Assembly: GCF_024298765.1 (NCBI RefSeq)
Contig: NZ_CP101210.1
Strand: one strand, 5' to 3'
From: Escherichia coli
Lineage (GTDB): Bacteria; Pseudomonadota; Gammaproteobacteria; Enterobacterales; Enterobacteriaceae
Length of the DNA stretch: 64,000 bases
The notes beneath the pieces were generated by a model. It searched no databases. It was not told the DNA's origin and saw only the letters and a list, made by a program, of their open reading frames with translations. Positions 36,386 through 47,702 of the stretch are shown here, in pieces (positions within the stretch are counted from its first letter, which is position 1; the number at the start of each line of letters is the position of its first letter). Made by a program: the position numbers and the translations under genes.

Positions 36386-36967
36386 TTATGCAGCGAGATT
36401 TTTCGCTACGAATTCCCAGTTCACCAGCGCCCAGAAGTGCTCCAGATAGCCAGGACGTGCATTGCGATAGTCGATGTAATAAGCGTGTTCCCAGACATCA
36501 ACGGTCAGCAGCGGAGTCGCATCGGTGGTCAGCGGAGTACCCGCGTTAGAGGTTGAAACGATAGCCAGTTTGCCATCGCTGTTTTTCACCAGCCAGGTCC
36601 AGCCAGAACCAAAGTTTTTGATTGCTGCATCAGTAAACTGTGCTTTGAAATCGGCAAAGCTGCCAAAAGATGCGGCGATAGCTTCAGCGACTTTTCCAGT
36701 CGGTTCGCCACCCGCGTTCGGTGCCAGGCAGTTCCAGTAGAAAGTATGGTTCCAGACCTGAGCTGCGTTGTTGAATACGCCACCTTCAGAGCTGCGAATA
36801 ATCTCTTCCAGTGATTTACCTTCAAACGCGGTACCTTTAATCAGGTTGTTCAGGTTAGTGACATAAGTCTGATGATGCTTGCCATAGTGATACTCGATGG
36901 TTTCCGCAGAAATGTGCGGTGCCAGAGCATCTTTAGCATATGGTAGTGCAGGTAATTCGAATGACAT
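36386..36967 (-). CDS. sodB: Fe-superoxide dismutase
   Basis: 193-aa [35 protein letters not shown]... recognised as SodB. Confidence 0.97.
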   Translation of the reverse strand: MSFELPALPYAKDALAPHISAETIEYHYGKHHQTYVTNLNNLIKGTAFEGKSLEEIIRSSEGGVFNNAAQVWNHTFYWNCLAPNAGGEPTGKVAEAIAASFGSFADFKAQFTDAAIKNFGSGWTWLVKNSDGKLAIVSTSNAGTPLTTDATPLLTVDVWEHAYYIDYRNARPGYLEHFWALVNWEFVAKNLAA

Positions 36968-37094
36968 TGCTACTCTCCTTTATTATTAATTTGCATACGT
37001 ACAATAGCCTTATTGTGCGTATGGATAGGGTAGCAAATTAAAAGGTGAGACAAAAGATGAACTTACCCTGTTGCCGTAACAACAGGGTAAAGTT

Positions 37095-37922
37095 TTAGCG
37101 AAGTGTTTTTGGGGTCATTACCCGACGAGCGCCAACATAGTGGCGCTGCCAGTAGTCTTCACTGAGAGAAGTGATTTGAATTTCTTGGCCCGTGCGCGGT
37201 GACTGAATAAATTTGCCGTTGCCGACATACACGCCGACATGATCGGCTGTACCGCGTCCCTGAGTACGGAAGAAGACCAGGTCGCCGTTTTTCAGTTCAC
37301 TACGTTCGATAGGTGCTGCATCACGCAGGTGATACATTTCATTCGCCGTACGCGGAATACGAATTTTCACCAAATCTTTATAAGCGTAATAAACCAGGCC
37401 GCTGCAATCAAAACCGGTACGCGGTGAGCTGCCGCCCCAACGATATGGCTTACCAATTTGTTGCATCAGTTTATTCATTGCCACTTTCGTGGCTTTTTGC
37501 ACCTTCGCTTTGTGCGCGTCGGCAAGGGTTCCTGACGCGGCATTTTTGACTTTCACACAATGCGATTTATAGCCCTTACGTTTGGTACACTTTTCGGTAA
37601 AGTTGGCTGAGGCCGTTTTATTGACGGCATGTTTGCTGCGAGTTTTGGCGTTTTTAGAAGCGGTAATGGAAGATTTTTTAACGGAAGAAGCGGTTTTGCT
37701 TTTGGTCGTACTTTTACTGGCGGCTTTTTTCGCTGTTTTCTGGCTGGCTTTCTGGGTCTTTTTGGTGGTTGCCGTGCTTTTCTTTTTATCTGCTTTTTTG
37801 GTGATATGAGTAGTAGCAGAACTCTCCCTGGCTTGCTTTGAAGCATGGGCCATAGGCGTTAAAGGCAGGGTGGTAAAAAGTAAAGCACAGAGCGTGATCG
37901 AAATTAGGTTTATCCGCGCCAC
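37095..37922 (-). CDS. mepH: NlpC/P60-family peptidoglycan endopeptidase MepH; start uncertain
   Basis: 275-aa ORF with Lys/Thr/Ser-rich linker and C-terminal NlpC/P60 domain (DCSGLV...H), recognised as YdhO/MepH. Confidence 0.88.
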   Translation of the reverse strand: MARINLISITLCALLFTTLPLTPMAHASKQARESSATTHITKKADKKKSTATTKKTQKASQKTAKKAASKSTTKSKTASSVKKSSITASKNAKTRSKHAVNKTASANFTEKCTKRKGYKSHCVKVKNAASGTLADAHKAKVQKATKVAMNKLMQQIGKPYRWGGSSPRTGFDCSGLVYYAYKDLVKIRIPRTANEMYHLRDAAPIERSELKNGDLVFFRTQGRGTADHVGVYVGNGKFIQSPRTGQEIQITSLSEDYWQRHYVGARRVMTPKTLR

Positions 37923-38256
37923 TGAGCGTCCCTCTGTTAAGGCAGGTCTATCATGCCTGCGTCTGATTTACAAAACTTGATGATTCTAATGCATAGAAGA
38001 AGAGAAAGTTAATAGCTTTTATTGTTAAAAAATACGTTTCGTTGGCGAGCGCAAAAAAATGCAGCAGTGAAAGCTAAAAATGGTTATAAATACGCCAGTT
38101 TGCCGTGCGTCAGGGAAGAAACGAATATTTGAAATGCAACAAATAGAGCAAAGGGATAAAATAGCAAAAGCGTGATGAAAATGTTATTTTCCGATGCCGC
38201 ACTGACCCGCTACAATGTCAGATTACTGCCGTAAAGAAGTTTGAGGAAGCAAGACA

Positions 38257-38604
38257 ATGAGCACCACTATCGAAAAAATCCAACGCCAGATTGCTGAAAA
38301 CCCGATCCTGCTGTACATGAAAGGTTCACCGAAACTGCCGAGCTGCGGTTTCTCTGCCCAGGCAGTCCAGGCGCTTGCCGCATGTGGCGAACGTTTTGCC
38401 TATGTTGATATCCTGCAGAATCCGGACATTCGTGCGGAACTGCCGAAATATGCTAACTGGCCGACCTTCCCGCAACTGTGGGTTGACGGCGAGCTGGTCG
38501 GCGGTTGTGATATCGTGATCGAAATGTATCAGCGTGGCGAACTGCAGCAGCTGATCAAAGAAACTGCCGCTAAATACAAGTCTGAAGAGCCGGACGCTGA
38601 ATAA
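38257..38604 (+). CDS. grxD: Monothiol glutaredoxin Grx4
   Basis: 115-aa ORF with CGFS active site, recognised as GrxD. Confidence 0.95.
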   Translation: MSTTIEKIQRQIAENPILLYMKGSPKLPSCGFSAQAVQALAACGERFAYVDILQNPDIRAELPKYANWPTFPQLWVDGELVGGCDIVIEMYQRGELQQLIKETAAKYKSEEPDAE

Positions 38605-38617
38605 TCCGTCCTGCAAT

Positions 38618-38655
38618 ACTGACGGATGCGAACGGGCATCCGTCAGTCCTTTCTC
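38618..38655 (+). terminator. grxD terminator hairpin
   Basis: CTGACGGATGC-GAACGG-GCATCCGTCAG followed by a T-rich tract. Confidence 0.6.
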
Positions 38656-41600
38656 TATCCCCAATCCAGCCCTTGTGGCGAACTTGAAAATCCCGCCTCA
38701 CGCAGCAGCGTAAACATCGGCGTTTGCCGGACCGGTAGGTCATTCACTTCTGTTAGCGTAAAGCGCAGCCGTGGTTCGCGACGCAGTGCGGTAGTCAGCG
38801 CGTGGAAAATCTCTGGGGCGAGTAATTCCTCTTTTTCCTGCCAGACCAGCATTTTTTTGCCACCTTGCGCCAGATAGAGTAACAATTTGCCGCCAGAAAC
38901 GACCACCAGCGCACCCGCCCGACGCGTTGGTATCAGCGTTGCCGGATGTGCAGGCCAGGGCAGAAGATTTCCCCATGCATTAGCCGGATCGTTGGCAGAG
39001 AGCGCCACTGGTGTATAGTGGCGCGTTTGCGTGGCTTGTGTCGCCAGATCGCGCAATCGGTCAATAGTCAGACGTTCAGCGAATTGCGCGCCACCCAGAC
39101 CTTCTACAAAACGACCTCGCATAATTCGCCCGGAGTCTTCCATACTTCGACAAAGCGTTTGCATCGATGGAAACCCGCCAGGGATATTTTCGGCTATCAC
39201 CGCCTGACGACTGATGATGCCGTAGCGGTCGAGCATATTTTCCGCCAGCGCCAGCATCCTTTCGGTATCGTTTAGTGGCTCCACCTGCAATAACGACCAG
39301 CGTCCAGCAAGCTTTGGTGTGTTGTAAGATACCAGCGGCGAGACGGGTTGCGCATAGACAGGACGTCCACGACGAGCCCGGTGACTGCGGCGAGTTGAGG
39401 TGCGTGTGTTGGTACTGCTGCGGGTGAGGGCGCGTAACGGTGCCCAAATGTCGCTGGTGATGACGCCTTGCCAGACCAGCGCCCATAACGCCTCTTGCAT
39501 GGCTGAGGGATCAACCGATTCGCCGATTTTATCGCGTATCCGTTGGCTGATTTGTTGTGCAAACCAGGCTCCTCCGTCAGCCAGAACCGTGACTATCGCT
39601 TGCTGCAGCGCCGAACGATTCGCCTGATTCGCTTCGGCGGGAGTGAACGATTCTGCGGCATATTCCTGTAGATGCAGTGCCACCAGACCGTCATCTTCAC
39701 CCAGCTTTTTTTGCCCCGACCAGATAACCGCACCGGTTGCCAGTAATTCATCGAGCATTTCTGGCGAATAGTCGCGTACGCGGGCAGGCAGGATCTGGCT
39801 TTCCCAGAGTGAGGCGGGTAAACCGACTCCGGCAAGCTGTTCGATCACCTGCATGACGCCATCCACGCCCTCATAAACGCCTGGCGATGTTGAGGCAAAG
39901 AGTGCCGGGCTACCATCGGTGGCGGGTAATACGCCCTGACGTTCCAGCAGCAATCGCGCATAGGTCGTGGCCGCAACGGGACGCGTCGCTTCTCTGGCGG
40001 CTTGCAGCGAGCGCAAACGCAGACGACGAAATACTTCATCGCTCACCCAGATGTCTTGTTGCAGATTCATCACCAGCCCCTGTTCGCGCAGTTGCTGAAG
40101 TTGCTCTTCGACAATGGCAATACCGAGACTAAACTCATGAGCCAGTTGTTCAGACGTGACCAGAGCATGAGCCCGGAGATAGCGCAGAAAGAGGTCGCGA
40201 AGCGGGTAACTGACTCGGTGCAAATAAATCTCTGGCAGTGACTCTGGTAGTCGTACGCCGAGGGCATCGCGCAGCCTGGCGGCATCATCCATACAGGCAA
40301 GACGCTCCTGCCCGCTAATCATCGTCGGGAAGATTCGTTTTACTGCAAGAAGATTTTCCAGATACGACGCAATCTCTTCACTGCTGCCTGTATGCCGTTG
40401 CGCCAGGTCTTCAACGGTCATTGGCCCCAGTTCGTGCAGCAGGTCGAACAATCCTTCTTCACCTTTCGCTCTTCTGCCAGGAGCCAGTCGTTGCAACTCT
40501 TCTTCCACCTGGCGAATGACCTGCGGGTCGAGTAATTCCCCCGGATCGACCTGTCCGAGTAGATTGCGCAGTAACTCGCTGTCCAGCGACAGTACGGATG
40601 CCCGGCGCTCTGCCAGCGGGGCGTCGCTCTGGTACATAAATTCCGCGACATAGCCGAACAATAAACTGGCGGCGAAAGGCGAAGGCGTAGTGGTCGTTAC
40701 ATCGGATATTTGAATTTCGCCACCGTTCAGGCGACGCATCAAACGTTCCAGCGCGGGAAGATCATAAACATCTTGCAGACATTCGCGTAGGGTTTCGAGA
40801 ATGACCGGAAAATCTGGATATCCCTGAGCGATTTCCAGCAACTGACTGGCGCGCAGCCGTTGTTGCCAGAGCGGGGGGCGATGGCCCGGCGTGCGGCCCG
40901 GCATTAATAATGCCCGCGCGGCGCATTCGCGAAAACGGGCGGCGAAAAGTGCCGAGCTGCCTACCGCCTCGCGGACAATTTGCAGCAACTTTTCTGGTTC
41001 AAACAAAAAAATCGCGGCATCGGGCAATTTACCATCGGTGTCAGGAATGCGCGCAACAATGCCGTCATCACTGGCAACCACAGACGCGTCAGCGCCCCAT
41101 AGTGCATGTATTCGCCCGGCAATCGCCAGCGCCCAGGGTTCATGCACCCGTCTTCCATAGGGAGAGTGCAAAATAATACGCCAGTCACCAATTTCATCAC
41201 GGCACCGTTCGAGGACAAGATGACGACTACCTGGAACGATGCCCGTCGCGTTGCGCTGCTCGTCAATCAACCCCTGAATATTGGCGATCGTATTTTCTTC
41301 TGCCAACCACGGGGGAATAGTCCCGGAAAAGAACGCGCCATCCGCCAGTAAATGGAGAAAATCGCCGATCATCTCGCCTAATTCTGCCGGACGTCCGTTA
41401 CCTTCACCACGCCAGAAGGGGAGCCGGGCAGAACGACCCGGAGCAGGAGTCACAATCACCTGATCGCGGGTGATTTGCTGGATCCGCCATGAGGTAGCGC
41501 CGAGAGTGATAATGTCGTTCACCCGCGACTCATATACCATCTCCTCATCCAGTTCACCCACCCGCCGCGAACCGGCCTGTTCTTCACCTTCGGGTAATAA

Positions 41601-43271
41601 CACGCTATACATGCCACGATCCGGAATGGTGCCGCCGCTGGTAACCGCCAACAATTGAGCGCCAGGTCGGGCGGTCAATATCCCGGTCTCCCGGTTCCAG
41701 ACCAGTTTGGGGCGAAAAGCAGAAAAATCGCCAGAGGGATAGCGCCCGGAAAGCATATCCAGCGTGGCGTCAAAAACACGTCTTGGCAGATCTTTCCACG
41801 GTGCGGCACGGCGTACGCGGGAGTACCATTCGTCTACCTGTAATGCATCCATCGCCGCGGCGGCAACGGTTTGCTGCGCAAGGACGTCGAGTGGATTATG
41901 CGGCGGTGTCAGGTTTTCCAGCCTGCCTGCGAACATACACTCTACAATGACTGCGGAATCGACTAAGTCACGCCTGGTTCGGGGGAAAAAAAGCCCTTTA
42001 GATACACCGCCAACCTGATGTCCGGCGCGACCAATGCGTTGTAACCCACTGGCAACAGAAAGCGGCGTTGCCACCTGAATCACCAGATCCACCGCGCCCA
42101 TATCAATCCCCAGTTCGAGACTGGAGGTTGCGACCACACAGCGTAATTCACCCGATTTCAACGCCTGTTCGGTGATTGCTCGTTGTTCTTTAGAGACGGA
42201 GCCGTGGTGTGAGCGGGCAATAAAAATGTCGCTACTTTGTACACGGTTAGAGGTTGCGCCGGAGGTCGACTCGAAATGGGCCGCATCAACGGCGATAGAT
42301 GGGGAACGCTGTAAGCGTGCGGCGTAAAGCTCATTTAATCGTGTCGTCAGTTTTTCCGCCAGCCCGCGTGAATTAGTAAAGACAATGGTCGAGCGATGGC
42401 GCAAAACTTCATCAAGGATACCCGTTTCAATATATGGCCAGATGGAGCCTTCCCGGCCGGCATGGCTGTCTTCGCCGGTGCCGCTGGCGACCGATGAGAC
42501 ATCATCCATATTGGCGACCGGTACGACAATCCGTATCTGCGGATGGCGCATTGCGGGCGGGTTGACTACCGTAACCGGGCGATCGCCACCAAGAAATGCT
42601 GCCACATCGCTGGCTGAACGCACAGTGGCAGAAAGGCCAATTCGCTGTGCTGAGGTGTGGAGCAGCGTATCGAGCCGCTCCATACTTAACGCCAGATGCG
42701 CACCACGTTTACTGCCCGCTACCGCGTGGACTTCATCAATAATTACCGTTTCGACGCCGCGTAGCGTTTCGCGCGCGCGGGAGGTCAGCATCAGATAGAG
42801 TGATTCGGGTGTGGTGATCAGAATATCCGGCGGATTACGGGTGAGTTTGCTGCGTTCCTGTGCAGGCGTATCGCCAGTACGGATCCCCACGCGAAGATTG
42901 ACTTCCGTTTCGCCGCGCCGCCGCCGTTCATCGGCAATACCCTGTAACGGGATCTGCAAGTTGCGCTGAACGTCGGTGCCCAGAGCTTTGAACGGTGAAA
43001 TATAGAGGATGCGTGAGGTTTTACGCTTATGCGCCTCGCGGGTATCTTCGCCGCCTTCGCGGAAGAGCTGATCGAGGGCGTAGAGAAATGCTGCCAGCGT
43101 TTTCCCGGAGCCAGTCGGTGCAATCACCAGCGCATGTTCGCCTCGCGCCGCCACATGCCAGGTTTGCGACTGGACAGCGGTCGGCTGTTTAAAGGCGCGA
43201 AGAAACCAGTCGCGGGTCGCCGGTGAAAACACGTCCGGCAGGGGCGATGAAGGGTTTAGATTATCTGCCAT
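38655..43271 (-). CDS. lhr: ATP-dependent DNA helicase Lhr (superfamily 2)
   Basis: 1538-aa ORF with Walker A (APTGSGKT) and DEVH helicase motifs, recognised as Lhr. Confidence 0.95.
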   Translation of the reverse strand: MADNLNPSSPLPDVFSPATRDWFLRAFKQPTAVQSQTWHVAARGEHALVIAPTGSGKTLAAFLYALDQLFREGGEDTREAHKRKTSRILYISPFKALGTDVQRNLQIPLQGIADERRRRGETEVNLRVGIRTGDTPAQERSKLTRNPPDILITTPESLYLMLTSRARETLRGVETVIIDEVHAVAGSKRGAHLALSMERLDTLLHTSAQRIGLSATVRSASDVAAFLGGDRPVTVVNPPAMRHPQIRIVVPVANMDDVSSVASGTGEDSHAGREGSIWPYIETGILDEVLRHRSTIVFTNSRGLAEKLTTRLNELYAARLQRSPSIAVDAAHFESTSGATSNRVQSSDIFIARSHHGSVSKEQRAITEQALKSGELRCVVATSSLELGIDMGAVDLVIQVATPLSVASGLQRIGRAGHQVGGVSKGLFFPRTRRDLVDSAVIVECMFAGRLENLTPPHNPLDVLAQQTVAAAAMDALQVDEWYSRVRRAAPWKDLPRRVFDATLDMLSGRYPSGDFSAFRPKLVWNRETGILTARPGAQLLAVTSGGTIPDRGMYSVLLPEGEEQAGSRRVGELDEEMVYESRVNDIITLGATSWRIQQITRDQVIVTPAPGRSARLPFWRGEGNGRPAELGEMIGDFLHLLADGAFFSGTIPPWLAEENTIANIQGLIDEQRNATGIVPGSRHLVLERCRDEIGDWRIILHSPYGRRVHEPWALAIAGRIHALWGADASVVASDDGIVARIPDTDGKLPDAAIFLFEPEKLLQIVREAVGSSALFAARFRECAARALLMPGRTPGHRPPLWQQRLRASQLLEIAQGYPDFPVILETLRECLQDVYDLPALERLMRRLNGGEIQISDVTTTTPSPFAASLLFGYVAEFMYQSDAPLAERRASVLSLDSELLRNLLGQVDPGELLDPQVIRQVEEELQRLAPGRRAKGEEGLFDLLHELGPMTVEDLAQRHTGSSEEIASYLENLLAVKRIFPTMISGQERLACMDDAARLRDALGVRLPESLPEIYLHRVSYPLRDLFLRYLRAHALVTSEQLAHEFSLGIAIVEEQLQQLREQGLVMNLQQDIWVSDEVFRRLRLRSLQAAREATRPVAATTYARLLLERQGVLPATDGSPALFASTSPGVYEGVDGVMQVIEQLAGVGLPASLWESQILPARVRDYSPEMLDELLATGAVIWSGQKKLGEDDGLVALHLQEYAAESFTPAEANQANRSALQQAIVTVLADGGAWFAQQISQRIRDKIGESVDPSAMQEALWALVWQGVITSDIWAPLRALTRSSTNTRTSTRRSHRARRGRPVYAQPVSPLVSYNTPKLAGRWSLLQVEPLNDTERMLALAENMLDRYGIISRQAVIAENIPGGFPSMQTLCRSMEDSGRIMRGRFVEGLGGAQFAERLTIDRLRDLATQATQTRHYTPVALSANDPANAWGNLLPWPAHPATLIPTRRAGALVVVSGGKLLLYLAQGGKKMLVWQEKEELLAPEIFHALTTALRREPRLRFTLTEVNDLPVRQTPMFTLLREAGFSSSPQGLDWG

Positions 43272-43363
43272 TAACGCTATTCCCCGTGAATATCATGCAT
43301 GATGCGTGGAATAGCCTCACTATAGATGCCTGAATCATTGCATGTCATCAGGCATCGACTCGA

Positions 43364-44011
43364 TTACACCTCTTCGGCGGCAGGTAGCGGCCAGCCTCCC
43401 AGACGTTTCCAGCGGTTGACGATTTCACAAAACAGCACAGCAGTGCGTTCGGTGTCGTACAGCGCGGAGTGCGCCTGGGTGCTGTCGAAGTCCATGCCAG
43501 CGGTCTGGCAAGCCTTTGACAATACGGTTTGTCCGAGTGCCAGCCCGGCCAGTGCAGCAGTGTCAAAAGTGGCGAAAGGGTGGAACGGGTTACGTTTCAG
43601 TGAGGCGCGTTCTGCGGCGGCCATCATAAAGTTGTGATCGAAATTGGCGTTGTGCGCCACCATAATGGCGCGGTTACAGCCGCTCGCTTTAATGCCTTTA
43701 CGTACAACTTTAAAAATTTCGTGCAGCGCCTCGTATTCGCTGACCGCGCCGCGATCGGGATCGTTCGGGTCAATGCCGTTGAAGGCGAGGGCCTCTGGCT
43801 GCAAATTTGCGCCGACAAATGGTTCGACGTGGAAATGTAATGTGGTGTCCGGCATCAGCCAGCCTTGTTCATCCATTTTCAGGGTGATGGCGGCAATCTC
43901 AAGCAGCGCATCGGTTTTGGCGTTAAATCCGGCTGTTTCAACATCGATCACAACAGGATAAAAACCACGAAAACGGTCGCACAGACCGGTAAGTTGAGCG
44001 TTATCGGACAT
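43364..44011 (-). CDS. rnt: Ribonuclease T (DEDDh 3'-5' exoribonuclease)
   Basis: 215-aa ORF recognised as RNase T. Confidence 0.95.
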   Translation of the reverse strand: MSDNAQLTGLCDRFRGFYPVVIDVETAGFNAKTDALLEIAAITLKMDEQGWLMPDTTLHFHVEPFVGANLQPEALAFNGIDPNDPDRGAVSEYEALHEIFKVVRKGIKASGCNRAIMVAHNANFDHNFMMAAAERASLKRNPFHPFATFDTAALAGLALGQTVLSKACQTAGMDFDSTQAHSALYDTERTAVLFCEIVNRWKRLGGWPLPAAEEV

Positions 44012-44113
44012 CTGATTCTCTTAATACGGATAAATTGCAGCGCGCATTATGACAAATATTACTTGTCGATGCAGTAAAGATGCGGGCGCGATGAGTTCAC
44101 GCCCGGCAGGAGA

Positions 44114-44521
44114 TTAGTTGCCCAGACCGCGACCGGCGTCTTTCTCTTCGATTAACTCAATTTTGTAACCGTCCGGATCTTCCACAAACGCGATAACCGT
44201 AGTACCGCCTTTTACCGGACCCGCTTCACGGGTCACGTTACCCCCGTTTTGACGGATTTTTTCGCACGCTTCAGCGGCGTTATCTACGCTAAGCGCGATG
44301 TGACCATAAGCAGTGCCGAGTTCGTATTTATCCACGCCCCAGTTGTAGGTCAGTTCAATCACCGCTTCTTCGGTTTCCGGACCGTAGCCAACAAACGCCA
44401 GTGAGTATTTGTATTCCGGGTTTTCGCTGGTACGCAGCAGTTTCATGCCCAGCACTTTGGTATAAAAATCGATGGAGCGTTGCAGATCGCCAACGCGCAG
44501 CATGGTATGAAGAAGACGCAT
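44114..44521 (-). CDS. gloA: Glyoxalase I (lactoylglutathione lyase)
   Basis: 135-aa [33 protein letters not shown]... recognised as GloA. Confidence 0.96.
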
Positions 44522-44601
44522 CTTTTTATCCTCAAAATGGCTAACAGATTCAAAATGTTGTTTTAGTATAGCGGCGGCTTTGCGCCGCTCGCAATGTTGG
44601 A

Positions 44602-45699
44602 TTACAGCGTCGGGTAATCAGTGTAGCCTTCCGCGCCGCCACCGTAAAAACTTTCGGCACGCTGTGGGTTAAGCTCAGCTTTGCGTTGCAAGCGGGCGAC
44701 CAGATCCGGGTTCGCAATCCAGTCACGACCAAATGCCACCGCATCAATTAACCCTTTGCCGATCAGCGTTTCGGCTTTTTCTACCGTGTATGCACCTGCG
44801 CCGATAATCGGACCGTGGAAACGGGCGCGTACTTTTTCGCGGAACGCATCAGTATACGGTTCACCCCCCGCCCAATCTGGTTCTGACATATGCAGATAAG
44901 CAATGCCGCGTTTACCCAGTTGTTCTATCAGATACAGTGCATCGGCTTCTTCATTCGGGCCGTTATCTGTGTTCTGGAAAGTACCGATTGGCGAAACGCG
45001 AATGCCAATGCGATCGGCACCCCATTCTTCAATCCCGGCATCGACCACTTTCAGCACCAGACGTGCGCGATTTTCCACGCTGCCGCCGTACTGATCGGTA
45101 CGATGGTTTGAAGAAGGAGAAAGGAACTGATGCAGCAAATAACCATGAGCAGAGTGGAGCTCTACCAGATCAAAACCGGCTTCACGCGCGTTAGCAATGG
45201 CCTGACGGAAATCATTGACGATACCCGGAATCTCTTCCAGTTCAAGCGCACGCGGCATGGATGTTTCAACACGGATCGCCTGACCATTTTCATCGCGCAG
45301 AGAAGTACGTGTTCCCGCGCTAAGTGCGGAAGGCGCTACCGGTGCCTGACCGCCAGGTTGCAGGCTGGCGTGAGAAATGCGTCCGGTGTGCCACAGCTGT
45401 ACGGCCATATGACCATTTTCAGCATGAACGCCAGCGGTAATTTTTTTCCATGCGGCAATTTGTTCCGGACTATGGATGCCAGGTGCACCAGCATACCCTT
45501 TTGCCTGGGCAGAAATTTGCGTGGCTTCGCTAATAATCAAACCGGCACTGGCACGTTGGCGATAGTATTCCGCCATCAACGGGGTAGGGATGTCACCCGG
45601 TTCAATACTGCGCAGACGCGTCAGCGGTGCCATAAAAATACGGTTTGCCGCCGTGATCGCGCCCACTTTCAGTGGGGAATACAGTTTTTCAGATGACAT
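44602..45699 (-). CDS. nemA: N-ethylmaleimide reductase (Old Yellow Enzyme family)
   Basis: 365-aa ORF recognised as NemA. Confidence 0.95.
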
Positions 45700-45735
45700 A
45701 AAGGCTCCCGGTCGTCTGGTGATAAAAAATGCCTG

Positions 45736-46335
45736 CTAAACGGCAGGCGTCGCAATAATGGTTTTTACATGTGCCAGCGCGTTTTCCAGTGGCTCGGAAT
45801 TGCGCGAAATTTTGGCCTGCAGATTCGCACCCAGCCATAGTGCGTAAAGCACTTGTGCCTGTTGCAGCGGTTCGCCACAAAAGGTTAAACAATGGCTATC
45901 ACGGCCATTTTCCAGCGCCTGCGAGAGCAGGGCGATCACGCCGCGAGCGCCTTTATCCATCGCGCTACGCATATCTTCTGACAGATCGCACACTTCGGCA
46001 GAGAGTTTTACTGTCAGGCAACCACTGATGGTTCCATGTTGGCAAAACTGGTTCAGTGTTTGCTGGTAATAAGCCAGTATGCGGTCGCGGTAGTTACCTT
46101 CGCCGGATTGCAGCAACTCAGTCAGTCGCTGGTGATATGTGGCGTAATGGCGCTCAAGCATGGCAACGCCAAACGCTTCTTTAGAGCGAAAGTAGTGATA
46201 GAAGGACCCTTTCGGCACTTCAGCGGTTTTTAGTAATTCGCTTAGCCCCATCCCGGTGAACCCACGTTGCAGGCAAAGTTGCTCGCCCGTCGCCAGGAGA
46301 TGTTCGCGAGTATCATGTTCGGTGTGTTTGTTCAT
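45736..46335 (-). CDS. nemR: TetR-family electrophile-sensing repressor NemR
   Basis: 199-aa ORF recognised as NemR; upstream of nemA-gloA. Confidence 0.93.
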   Translation of the reverse strand: MNKHTEHDTREHLLATGEQLCLQRGFTGMGLSELLKTAEVPKGSFYHYFRSKEAFGVAMLERHYATYHQRLTELLQSGEGNYRDRILAYYQQTLNQFCQHGTISGCLTVKLSAEVCDLSEDMRSAMDKGARGVIALLSQALENGRDSHCLTFCGEPLQQAQVLYALWLGANLQAKISRNSEPLENALAHVKTIIATPAV

Positions 46336-46437
46336 GCGTTGGAGTGTAGTAGACCAGTCGGTCTAGCGCAAGCAAAGTTGCTACTTTGGGCATTAACAGC
46401 TTCAATAATGGTAATAATCTTATTTGAGGAGGGCGAA

Positions 46438-46677
46438 GTGGCGGAGCAATTAGAGTTCTTTCCCGTCCAGAGCCCGTGCCGGGGAATTTGCCAGTCTGAC
46501 GAACGCGGGTTTTGTCGCGGCTGTTTTCGTAGTCGGGATGAGCGTTTTAACTGGAATAAAATGAGCGATGGCGAAAAACAAGAGGTACTGCGCCTTTGTC
46601 GGCAGCGGTTAATGCGCAAATTACGTGCAAATAAGCCAGCGTCATCAGACGAACCGGAGCAACCATCACTCTTTTGA
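46438..46677 (+). CDS. ydhL: DUF1289 Cys-rich small protein YdhL (79 aa, GTG start)
   Basis: ORF 46267-46677 would overlap the divergent nemR start; a GTG at 46438 gives (M)AEQLEFFPVQSPCRGICQSDERGFCRGC..., the 79-aa form I recall. Confidence 0.65.
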   Translation: MAEQLEFFPVQSPCRGICQSDERGFCRGCFRSRDERFNWNKMSDGEKQEVLRLCRQRLMRKLRANKPASSDEPEQPSLF

Positions 46678-46725
46678 GCCTAATCTTGCGTATACTCCTC
46701 TCATATCTGATAAGAGGAAGCGATT

Positions 46726-47622
46726 ATGGTTCAGCGTATTACTATTGCGCCGCAAGGCCCGGAGTTTTCCCGTTTTGTGATGGGCTACTGGCGATTGATG
46801 GACTGGAATATGTCCGCCCGCCAGCTGGTCAGTTTTATTGAAGAGCATCTGGATCTCGGAGTGACCACCGTGGACCATGCTGATATTTATGGTGGCTATC
46901 AGTGCGAAGCGGCGTTTGGCGAGGCGTTGAAACTGGCACCTCACCTGCGTGAACGGATGGAAATCGTCAGTAAATGCGGTATCGCGACGACCGCGCGTGA
47001 AGAAAACGTCATTGGCCATTACATTACTGACCGCGATCACATCATTAAGAGCGCCGAACAGTCGCTAATTAATCTCGCGACCGATCATCTGGATCTGCTG
47101 TTAATCCACCGACCAGACCCGTTAATGGATGCCGATGAAGTGGCGGACGCGTTTAAACATCTGCATCAGAGCGGCAAAGTGCGTCATTTTGGCGTATCGA
47201 ACTTTACGCCTGCGCAATTTGCGCTTTTGCAATCACGCCTGCCGTTTACCCTTGCCACTAATCAGGTGGAAATATCCCCGGTACATCAGCCGTTACTGCT
47301 GGATGGCACGCTCGACCAACTGCAACAACTGCGTGTTCGTCCGATGGCGTGGTCCTGCCTTGGTGGTGGTCGTCTGTTTAATGATGATTATTTCCAGCCG
47401 CTGCGTGATGAACTGGCTGTGGTGGCAGAGGAGTTAAACGCGGGCTCGATTGAACAGGTGGTTTACGCCTGGGTATTACGTTTACCGTCGCAGCCGCTGC
47501 CAATTATCGGCTCAGGTAAAATTGAGCGCGTACGGGCAGCTGTCGAAGCAGAAACACTGAAAATGACCCGTCAACAATGGTTTCGTATCCGTAAAGCGGC
47601 ACTAGGTTACGACGTACCGTAA
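46726..47622 (+). CDS. ydhF: Aldo-keto reductase family oxidoreductase
   Basis: 298-aa ORF recognised as YdhF. Confidence 0.92.
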   Translation: MVQRITIAPQGPEFSRFVMGYWRLMDWNMSARQLVSFIEEHLDLGVTTVDHADIYGGYQCEAAFGEALKLAPHLRERMEIVSKCGIATTAREENVIGHYITDRDHIIKSAEQSLINLATDHLDLLLIHRPDPLMDADEVADAFKHLHQSGKVRHFGVSNFTPAQFALLQSRLPFTLATNQVEISPVHQPLLLDGTLDQLQQLRVRPMAWSCLGGGRLFNDDYFQPLRDELAVVAEELNAGSIEQVVYAWVLRLPSQPLPIIGSGKIERVRAAVEAETLKMTRQQWFRIRKAALGYDVP

Positions 47623-47702
47623 GCACTTTTAGGAATAGCCGCCGTTCAAAAATGTGTCACTGGTTTACACTTATTCAGGAATGCACAATGAACGGAGGTC
47701 CT

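Noticed and set aside
45130-45696. 188-aa + strand ORF
   Set aside because: It is antisense to nemA and is a shadow ORF.
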